Source: a virus
Reading direction: 5' to 3' (one strand)
Virus record (IMG/VR): IMGVR_UViG_3300027733_000001
Length of the DNA stretch: 64,000 nucleotides
Position numbers and translations under genes: made by a program. Below are positions 8,028-15,410 of the stretch, in pieces. Numbering within the stretch: position 1 is the stretch's first letter; every line of letters begins with the position of its first letter. A model generated the notes under the pieces. It was not told where the DNA came from. It did not search any database and saw only the letters and a program-made list of their open reading frames with translations.

Positions 8028-9237
8028 TTAAGTAATCGATTCCTCTTACGTTTTCTACTTCAATCTCAAGGTCGGATTTTTTCTTTCTTCTAACCTTGTT
8101 TGTTTCGGCGATTGCAGCTTCTACTTCAGCTGTAGGCATATCAGGGATACCGAAAGCTTCCCTGATCTTTTCTCTGGCTTGTGGACTACTCTTGATCAAC
8201 AGTGCAAGGTCTTGCTCCCTGAACTTTTTCTCTGTATCAATAACGCCTACAATAGGGGCATCCTCAGTCTCGAGGGAGAATTCCATATTAGGAACCTTCC
8301 ATGTGTACCAGCCACCTGTTTTACCTACGATTGCCGGATACTCTTCACCGAGTTTTCTAATCAGTGGGCTGTACCAGTCGATACCTCCCTTGATATGGAT
8401 GTCGAACTCGATCTTCTGACTGTTACCCTCACGGCCAAGTTTATTACGCTTTACCGTTAAAGTATGGGTGGAACCAGCCTTACGCTTTACACCCATATGG
8501 TCTTCCTCAAGGTTATCCTTGATACGGGCAACCTTGAACTGGTATGTGCTGTTGAACCTCTGAGCTTCGCCACCCAGCAAAGCCTCAGGTTTCTCAGCGC
8601 CGAAGCCTGTCATACCGCCAATCTGCTCGCGTAGCTGGTTGGTAGCCACAAACACCATATTCTCGCACTCTAGGTACGGAATGATATGTCTGTAGAAAGC
8701 AGCCATCAGTTTTGCGTGTTCGCCAGGTTTAGCCTGCCCGATCACATCCTGATCGCGCTCGTAGTCTGTGGCACCGCCAGCAATAGAGTCTAGAGCAATC
8801 AGTACAGGAGTTTTCCCGTCGCTGTGCTTGCTATAGTTCTCGATGATCATCTTACACAATGTCAAGGCCTCTTCGATGCCTCTAGGATTGTGATAGATGA
8901 CGCGGGTTGGGTCGACTCCCTGTAGTTCCATATAGCGGAAGTCAGGCGCACTCTCGGTCTCGATCCAGAACATATACCCTCCAGCTTTCTGGAATATTTT
9001 AGCAAGGTCGAACAGCAAGGTAGTCTTGCTGCAACCCTTCTTCCCGTAAACGAGGTAGCACCGACCGTAGGCCATAAACCTACGGTCAAATGCATACTCC
9101 ATTAGGGGGTTATCCAGCACAATGCCTGTAGGAGGAAGCTCCTTGTCTACAGTATTGAGATCTAGATTAACTGCTTCGTTTTTAAATGTTTTTCCGAAGC
9201 TTTTTTTAACTGCACCTAATAGGCTGTCTATGTTCAT
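8020..9237 (-). CDS. recA: RecA/UvsX recombinase
   Basis: Walker A YGKKGCSKTT, IALDSI, FVATNQLRE, LLGGEAQRF, KRNKL. Confidence 0.92.
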   Translation of the reverse strand: MNIDSLLGAVKKSFGKTFKNEAVNLDLNTVDKELPPTGIVLDNPLMEYAFDRRFMAYGRCYLVYGKKGCSKTTLLFDLAKIFQKAGGYMFWIETESAPDFRYMELQGVDPTRVIYHNPRGIEEALTLCKMIIENYSKHSDGKTPVLIALDSIAGGATDYERDQDVIGQAKPGEHAKLMAAFYRHIIPYLECENMVFVATNQLREQIGGMTGFGAEKPEALLGGEAQRFNSTYQFKVARIKDNLEEDHMGVKRKAGSTHTLTVKRNKLGREGNSQKIEFDIHIKGGIDWYSPLIRKLGEEYPAIVGKTGGWYTWKVPNMEFSLETEDAPIVGVIDTEKKFREQDLALLIKSSPQAREKIREAFGIPDMPTAEVEAAIAETNKVRRKKKSDLEIEVENVRGIDYLNE

Positions 9238-9243
9238 ATGTTA

Positions 9244-10293
9244 TTAGTCCTGTGCCATGAAACGCTGAGCTTCTTCACGACTCAGCAGCCCAGACATAGG
9301 GTTTTTTGGTAGTGAATTCAGATCCGCAGCGGCTGGAGGATTCACAGCCGCAATCGGAGCCGAGATATTTATCTTAGGGATATCGATCGCTGCAACAGGT
9401 ACAGGAGCAGCAGCCATTACTGGCTTAGCGATTTCCTGTCTAGCTGGCGCCACAGAGACTACTTGTTGAACTTCCCTAGCAGGCGTCCTATCTGCGGCGA
9501 AGCTAGCTCCCTGTACACTATTTCTAGTCAGTCCAGGGAAACCATTCATGCAATCGTCGAACACATCTGGCGCATACATCTCCCTCAGCTTGGCCAGGAT
9601 TTCTTCCTTGCTCTTGGGAACAAAGATATCATCCAGGTTATAGAGATAGTCGCTGTCGGCCAGCTGGAGTGGTAGTTGCACTGCCTGATTGTTCTCGATT
9701 TGAATCATCCACGGATTCGCAGAATTCTCCTTCAACTTTACAAACACCGGCACGCAGCGTTCATGGTCGTTGATAGGTTGACGAGGATTGCCGTTGATGT
9801 CCTTGCCGTCAAGCCAGCTCATCAATCCGTCTGCACCGTTACGGAGCGGCAGATCTAGTACATGGGCACCTGTAGCTAGGTTTTGCGCAAAAGCTACATT
9901 GTAGACTACGCGCTCAGCAATACGCCCACAGAGGGGGTATTTTTTGAACTTCTTGCCGTTGCTCTCTACATCAGTAACACGAGCGTCGTCAGGATAAAGA
10001 ATCCTGAAGTTGTTCGCGAAATACTCTGCAGGGTCTTGTGCCCTGTTCGCTACATAGTATTTTTCTTTGAAGTTCGCGCCGAAGTTGTCGCGGATGTTGA
10101 TCTTTTTGAACCATACACCGTTGCCGCTATCGTCTGCTTTGTATGCAGGCAGGAAATACAGGTAAGCGCCCTCCTGGTTGGTTGTTTTGTTGAATGTTGC
10201 TTTTCGTACGCCTTCTTTGATGTATGGGGAAGAAGCTGCACCAAGGTTGAGTTCAGAGCCTTCGAATCTAAGGGATGGTTTGATGATTGCCAT
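9244..10293 (-). CDS. probable single-stranded DNA-binding protein (gp32-like)
   Basis: YLYFLP N-terminal motif, Pro/Ala-rich disordered tail, directly upstream of recA. Confidence 0.5.
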   Translation of the reverse strand: MAIIKPSLRFEGSELNLGAASSPYIKEGVRKATFNKTTNQEGAYLYFLPAYKADDSGNGVWFKKINIRDNFGANFKEKYYVANRAQDPAEYFANNFRILYPDDARVTDVESNGKKFKKYPLCGRIAERVVYNVAFAQNLATGAHVLDLPLRNGADGLMSWLDGKDINGNPRQPINDHERCVPVFVKLKENSANPWMIQIENNQAVQLPLQLADSDYLYNLDDIFVPKSKEEILAKLREMYAPDVFDDCMNGFPGLTRNSVQGASFAADRTPAREVQQVVSVAPARQEIAKPVMAAAPVPVAAIDIPKINISAPIAAVNPPAAADLNSLPKNPMSGLLSREEAQRFMAQD

Positions 10294-10343
10294 ATGTATT
10301 TGTCTGTTTTGTTTTTGTTTTTATCTATACTGCGATTGTTTGT

Positions 10344-10352
10344 ACTATACCA
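10344..10352 (-). promoter_or_regulatory. putative extended -10 promoter for ssb-recA
   Basis: TGGTATAGT on the minus strand, about 50 nt before the A/C-rich leader and ATG 10293. Confidence 0.4.
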
Positions 10353-10938
10353 TGAATACTGACTTGAAGGTTTGCTGCCCTCGTAGCTTATTAAGAAAGG
10401 CCTGCACCATCATGCCTGCAACTATTGTGGGCAGGGTATGACTGATGTTTTGTTCTTTCTCGTAAGCTAGTAAGCAACCTCCTTCTTCCTGACTACTGTC
10501 TACGTACGGTTGAAGCTGCTCCTTGGGTAGGTCGCTGTTGAATAGTGCACCCTGACGGCTCGTGCATCGCCCGTCAACCCAGAACAGCTTATCTTTACCT
10601 TTTTCCCAGCCATAGTCGTAGAGCGACTTACGGAAGGGCATACTATCGACACAACTAAAGATCATGTCGTAGTTTTTAAAGTCCTTCGCTGCCATGCGTT
10701 TCTTGATGCCGTTGACCACGTACTTCTCCTCTAATACACTTACCTTGTAGCGGCCCACATCCTCAAGCTTGAAATTCTGATGCAGTAGATTTTTTAGGTC
10801 CACCGTATCGTCATCATAGATGTCTACCTCAAGGTTAGCATAGTCGAACTGCTTGCGGTTGAAGCCATAATCGAAGAATATTGCGAGAAGGTTCGATCCG
10901 ATACCTCCCGCTCCAGCAATACCAATTTTTTTGAACAT
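10345..10938 (-). CDS. E1-like ThiF/MoeB-family adenylyltransferase (start moved to ATG 10938)
   Basis: IGIAGAGGIGS, DDDTVDLKNLLHQNF, DVGRYKV, SCVDS, VDGR, and a candidate catalytic Cys in GGCLL. Confidence 0.92.
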   Translation of the reverse strand: MFKKIGIAGAGGIGSNLLAIFFDYGFNRKQFDYANLEVDIYDDDTVDLKNLLHQNFKLEDVGRYKVSVLEEKYVVNGIKKRMAAKDFKNYDMIFSCVDSMPFRKSLYDYGWEKGKDKLFWVDGRCTSRQGALFNSDLPKEQLQPYVDSSQEEGGCLLAYEKEQNISHTLPTIVAGMMVQAFLNKLRGQQTFKSVFMV

Positions 10939-10942
10939 GTGT

Positions 10943-11362
10943 TTATGATTTAAGTAGTGATTGTAGTGTTTTCTTAGGGATATATTGCATGACGCACCTG
11001 TCTTCAACCCACTCAGCGTAGCAGAATGTGGCCGGCTTGGGTGCGAATATTACATTGTACTTGAAGCCCTGGAACAGTTTCTCCAGATCTAGGCTACTTG
11101 GAACAGGCGACCATTGAGGATGGGTATGGAAGCTCGCATGGAACTTCCACCCCTCACCCATCTTTGAGAATACATGCTCTCGCAATTCTTGCTGATCAGT
11201 CTCATACAGCCCTGCAGCTACACTAGTACCTGCATGAATGTTTTTGACTTTTACGAAGCAGTACTCGTTGTTTTTGGATAAGATTATACCGCCCTGCTCT
11301 TCAACAGGGTCGGTACAGCTATCCGCCGCTTCTAGCATGGTCTCCATTAGATATGCATTCAT
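10943..11362 (-). CDS. JAB/MPN+ (JAMM) metalloprotease (start moved to ATG 11362)
   Basis: EEQGGII...FHTHP...PSSLD matches the complete E...HxH...PS..D motif. Confidence 0.9.
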   Translation of the reverse strand: MNAYLMETMLEAADSCTDPVEEQGGIILSKNNEYCFVKVKNIHAGTSVAAGLYETDQQELREHVFSKMGEGWKFHASFHTHPQWSPVPSSLDLEKLFQGFKYNVIFAPKPATFCYAEWVEDRCVMQYIPKKTLQSLLKS

Positions 11363-11366
11363 GCTA

Positions 11367-11993
11367 TTAAAACCGCCTTCTAATTGCGTCGATTGCATTG
11401 ATCGTGCTAGTTAGCTGCTCTCCTGCATGGTTTGTAGCGTTGTGTGCGTCTGCTGCACGTAACTTATAGTACGGCTGAGGATTATCCATATAATTGATAC
11501 TCAACACTTTAGTAATTTCTTCAAGTGACTCAGGATGGCTAGAGCTGCCGCATGCCCATATTTGGGCAATATCAAAATGCAGCCGATGGCCTTTTTCCCC
11601 AAAGAACACATCGAAGAAGTTGATACCTAGTGTCAAGGCTCTGCGACAGATGAATGGATATACAAACTTGAGCCCTCTAAACGTATATGTATGTGCATAT
11701 TCAGGCTTTGTAAGCATATCAAACAACTCAGGCAGCAGGTCTTCCTCAAACTCTGAGTTAACAGACTGCACCTTCATGTCCGATATATCCATCCAGGCTA
11801 GTGCACAAATCTTCGCAGTAGCTGCATTGTATGCTGCTTCTTCGAAGTATTTATTTTTTCTCTTTTCGATATCTTCTTCGATCTTTTTAGGATCCTTTAT
11901 GTTCGCTGCCGCCCTGAATGTAGGGGCGGCAGTTATCAGCTGCTCCATAGGTAAAGGAGCAGTCTCTATATGCAGGATGTATTGTTTACGCAT
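11367..11993 (-). CDS. PolB-exo/DnaQ-like 3'-5' exonuclease fold, catalytic residues degenerate
   Basis: LHIETAP (for LDIET), AKICAL, RGLKFVYPFI (for NG..FD.PF), HFDIAQIW, SLEEI; ExoIII Asp absent. Confidence 0.65.
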   Translation of the reverse strand: MRKQYILHIETAPLPMEQLITAAPTFRAAANIKDPKKIEEDIEKRKNKYFEEAAYNAATAKICALAWMDISDMKVQSVNSEFEEDLLPELFDMLTKPEYAHTYTFRGLKFVYPFICRRALTLGINFFDVFFGEKGHRLHFDIAQIWACGSSSHPESLEEITKVLSINYMDNPQPYYKLRAADAHNATNHAGEQLTSTINAIDAIRRRF

Positions 11994-14118
11994 TATTTTC
12001 TACTTTGTTTGTATATATTTTGTTAATGACTTCTACCAGTCCGTCAGTCACATCGCGTTCGGGTACATAGTCATTGTGTACATTCTCGGCTCCGGGTTGC
12101 GCTGCTCCCTTGAGTGTATTGATATGCGCTTGCGTGGTACTATCGTTCTTCAACGCCAGCAGCCTTGCAGCAATATCGTCATAACCTGCGCCTGCATAAT
12201 GCCTGTCGTTTACAATGCAGCGATATTGCTTTGTAGCATAGTCGTACACTTTAGCATTTTTGATAACTACCGCATACTCTCTGAGTGTACCCTTGACGTG
12301 ATATGCACACTCGCCCAAAAACTCTATCAACTTAGCGTCAGTAAGTTTTACGGCAGTAGCCAGGAACTCTTTTGAACGCTCGAGGATTTTTCGTTTTTGC
12401 TCGTTAGCCATATCCATCAGTTTGAGGATATCCTCGTTACTGATAAGCACATCAGGGACTGTTTCATCCGTACCGTCTTCCTTCTTTTGCGTTTTCTGGA
12501 AGGTGCAGCAATCAATCAATACTGCCACCAGTTCTTGTGCACACCAGTTATAGTTACGCACACTGGAACGCTTATAGAAGTAGCCTGGTACTGTCTCGAG
12601 ATAGCTCTTATTGTTGGTCTTTCTGTTAAGGGTCTCTACTTTCTTGATCAGTCTACCTAGGTTCACTCGAACCATACGGTCTTTGTCTACCTGCAGCTTG
12701 AAGTATTTGTCTACTGGATCTATGCACAGCTTGAGGGCTGGTGCAGACTCTGTAGGTTCGGCCTTATGATATTCTTCTCTACTGATGGTAGAATGAATCT
12801 TTACAGGCAGTCCGTTAGAGATGATATCATGGTACTTGATACTCATCCTGCTGATACTCTTCAAGAACAGCTTATAATCATCTGCGTTGTGATAGCAGCT
12901 TGCTCGGCTGATCGCTTTTGCCAGCTCGTCTTTATTGATACGCACCTTGTTGATACGGCGCTGGAATGTATCAGTCAACGTGGCATTGATGGGAATGCCG
13001 TTGATCTTGACCTCCGGCAGCACAAGACTGTCTGCTCCTGCAGCCTGTACTTCTTCCTCAAGTGTATCCTCGGCATCTTTGGTTGCTTCAGTTTCAGGAC
13101 TGCGCTTGTTCAGGCTTTTCTCCATGTGTGCCGCATATATGGCTGTGATAGAGTAGATATCAAACTCACCATTGAAGTTAAGCTCTTTGTACAATACGTC
13201 GAGCAGGTCTTCTGCCTCTATAGAGATCTGATCATATAAGGCAGAGCTCTTCGTGAATACAATGTTATTGATTGTAGTCTTTTCGATCTCTCCAGCCACC
13301 AACTTCCCTACAACCTGCAGCGTACTATTCTGTCTATAGTCTTCTTCAATCGCGTCATGAATGTGTGTTGGAAAAGATTCTTTCTTTTTACCACCATCAT
13401 TCATTTTTTTAGCCATCCTGAGTCGTGTAATTTCGGCGGTGTGTACGTTTATGAAACACCCGTGTTGCAACATATCGGCCAGTTTTGGATCGACTGTACA
13501 CATGGCGAAAATATGTGCCACGTTTACATCATATTCGTTAGCCACGATATGTCGGTAGGTCTTTTTAAACCCAACCTTTTGCTCGACGGTATGTACATAA
13601 AATCCCTTATCAAGATAATCGTACATCTTATCATCATTTCTGCAGATGATAGAAATTATATAATTGCCTACATACCCAGGCTTCTTGGCAGTTATAAACC
13701 TGTACGTGTAGTCTCCTTCCGTAATTTCGAGAGGAGTATCCTCAATTAGTTTAGGCTGATACGAAGACGGTGTTTTACACGGCGTAAGCTTCAGCGTCTT
13801 GAATGATTTGGTGTGGTTTGGATTTATATCCACCAACACATGATTCTTGGTCAGCCCGGTACACAACTCAGCGATCTCGTTGCGTACTCTTGCAGCGCTT
13901 GTCAATAGATTCCCATGAATAGGAATCGCGCGCAATTTACAAAAGGTGTACATCTTAGCCACAGATCTAAACTCTAGACTTGTGTATTGTGTACTGTACT
14001 CCATCTCATAACCTGTATTGTATGTGTACTCTAGTTTTACCTCACTTTTATGAAAGCACTTTGATAAGGCTATATATTCTTTAACAATGTCTTTGAATTT
14101 ATCGGATCTAATATTCAT
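11986..14118 (-). CDS. 710-aa hypothetical protein in the Ubl module; C-terminal Cys-containing domain (candidate E2-like or target)
   Basis: C-terminal HVKGTLREYAVVIKNAKVY...YRCIV...DDIAARLLALKND resembles, by recall, the terminal domain of DUF4132-type proteins. Confidence 0.6.
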   Translation of the reverse strand: MNIRSDKFKDIVKEYIALSKCFHKSEVKLEYTYNTGYEMEYSTQYTSLEFRSVAKMYTFCKLRAIPIHGNLLTSAARVRNEIAELCTGLTKNHVLVDINPNHTKSFKTLKLTPCKTPSSYQPKLIEDTPLEITEGDYTYRFITAKKPGYVGNYIISIICRNDDKMYDYLDKGFYVHTVEQKVGFKKTYRHIVANEYDVNVAHIFAMCTVDPKLADMLQHGCFINVHTAEITRLRMAKKMNDGGKKKESFPTHIHDAIEEDYRQNSTLQVVGKLVAGEIEKTTINNIVFTKSSALYDQISIEAEDLLDVLYKELNFNGEFDIYSITAIYAAHMEKSLNKRSPETEATKDAEDTLEEEVQAAGADSLVLPEVKINGIPINATLTDTFQRRINKVRINKDELAKAISRASCYHNADDYKLFLKSISRMSIKYHDIISNGLPVKIHSTISREEYHKAEPTESAPALKLCIDPVDKYFKLQVDKDRMVRVNLGRLIKKVETLNRKTNNKSYLETVPGYFYKRSSVRNYNWCAQELVAVLIDCCTFQKTQKKEDGTDETVPDVLISNEDILKLMDMANEQKRKILERSKEFLATAVKLTDAKLIEFLGECAYHVKGTLREYAVVIKNAKVYDYATKQYRCIVNDRHYAGAGYDDIAARLLALKNDSTTQAHINTLKGAAQPGAENVHNDYVPERDVTDGLVEVINKIYTNKVENNA

Positions 14119-14140
14119 AAATATGATACGTGTATGTGTA

Positions 14141-14177
14141 TAAAATAAAACCCCCTGACACGCATGGTGCCAGGGGG
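14141..14177 (-). terminator. intrinsic terminator after the Ubl gene
   Basis: Minus strand CCCCCTGGCAC-CATGC-GTGTCAGGGGG followed by TTTTATTTTA. Confidence 0.8.
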
Positions 14178-14202
14178 CTGTAGATTCAGGTGGAAGTAAA
14201 GC

Positions 14203-14559
14203 TTATTCAGCGATACCCAGACCGCCGACGAGCATGCCTGTCAGCAAGACTGCGGGGTCATGCATTGCCTGAAGTTTGGCTTGCAGCTTCTGCACGTTTT
14301 CCTGGCTGCGGAAATTGCCTCCAGTGAATTCAATTTTCTCACCATTGATGAACACCCAACGAGCTTTCTTTTCTGCATTCTCGAGAATGTTCTCGGTGGC
14401 CTGTTCAAGGCTCAGATCTGCGACAGTGCTGTGACCTGTCCGATCAGCGATCTCAATCTTGTACTTCGCAGGAGCTGCAACAATGGCTGCAGTCACAGCT
14501 TGCAGGTTTTCAAGAGCGACGTTGAGGTTTTCGATGGAGGAGTTGTTTGATGTGGTCAT
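14203..14559 (-). CDS. ubiquitin-like (beta-grasp) protein precursor ending VGG-LGIAE
   Basis: KIEIADRTGHS...WVFINGE...VLLTGMLVGG plus a 5-aa extension; ATG 14559 follows an A/C-rich leader (alternative start 14604). Confidence 0.75.
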   Translation of the reverse strand: MTTSNNSSIENLNVALENLQAVTAAIVAAPAKYKIEIADRTGHSTVADLSLEQATENILENAEKKARWVFINGEKIEFTGGNFRSQENVQKLQAKLQAMHDPAVLLTGMLVGGLGIAE

Positions 14560-14654
14560 ACTATTATTGTGTTTGTGGTTAACTGACTGCTTTGCTGTGA
14601 CCATTATAGCTCTTAATGAGCCGCCTGGTCGATTGTTTTGTTCTGGGGATACAA

Positions 14655-15410
14655 TTACCTATGAATAGGAAACTGTATGTGGCGGATATTGCCGGATTTT
14701 AAAGGCCGGTCAATGCAAGCTCGGCATCTTGAGCATGCTCCCTGTTTGTCTATATTTTTTGTCTTTCCGGTTACTTCAGGACAGACCAGTAACGATCTAT
14801 CCCTAGGAAACAGCGGAGGGACATTATCACCCATCCATGCAACAGATATGTTTGGATGGGTTTTAAAGACGTCGTATGTTTTAAGTACTTCATCTTTATT
14901 GTCTTCGTCGCAACTCAATAACAATGTCAGGTTTCTGGTTCCTGCAAGTATAGGTACGGCGAAAAGGCTTCGGGTGTATACCCAAAAATGTATCTGCTGA
15001 AAAGCATCGATGACTGTCTTCCAGGCGTTGACGTAGTTCTCGTTAAAGAATTCTCCGCCTGTATGTATTCGGAAGTAAGGCTGTATATGCCCAGTATCAT
15101 AGTACCATTTTTTGACACTATTGTTGATCACTTCAATCTGTTCCGCTACGGGCTTCTCCCATACAAGGTCTTTGTTATAGTCCTCGTTAGCTTTGTAGTG
15201 CTTATATATCCTACGCAGCGTAGCATCATAGCATACCTTCAGGCAGGCTTCCGTGGCATGTACACATGTACCACCATCTTCTACCCTACCTTGAGATATA
15301 CTGAACGTATTGTTATGTTTGTCGAAAAATCTGACTTTGCTGTTATTAGTCAGCTTAAAGCTTGGACATTTATTCATATCAAGCTTTCCACTCCCAGGTA
15401 CTCTTTTCAA
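14655..15410 (-). CDS. GP88-like radical-SAM-type Fe-S protein
   Basis: C-x6-C-x3-C (CVHATEACLKVC), YFRIHTGGEFF, FWVYTRS, and C-terminal CP...CSRCRAC. Confidence 0.75.
   Translation of the reverse strand: MKRVPGSGKLDMNKCPSFKLTNNSKVRFFDKHNNTFSISQGRVEDGGTCVHATEACLKVCYDATLRRIYKHYKANEDYNKDLVWEKPVAEQIEVINNSVKKWYYDTGHIQPYFRIHTGGEFFNENYVNAWKTVIDAFQQIHFWVYTRSLFAVPILAGTRNLTLLLSCDEDNKDEVLKTYDVFKTHPNISVAWMGDNVPPLFPRDRSLLVCPEVTGKTKNIDKQGACSRCRACIDRPLKSGNIRHIQFPIHR

Noticed and set aside
10345-14559. Reading E1 plus Ubl as thiamine or molybdopterin biosynthesis
   Set aside because: No ThiG, MoaE, MoaC or desulfurase genes in the window; the Ubl has a capped GG and a JAB partner. Not fully excluded for genes outside the window.
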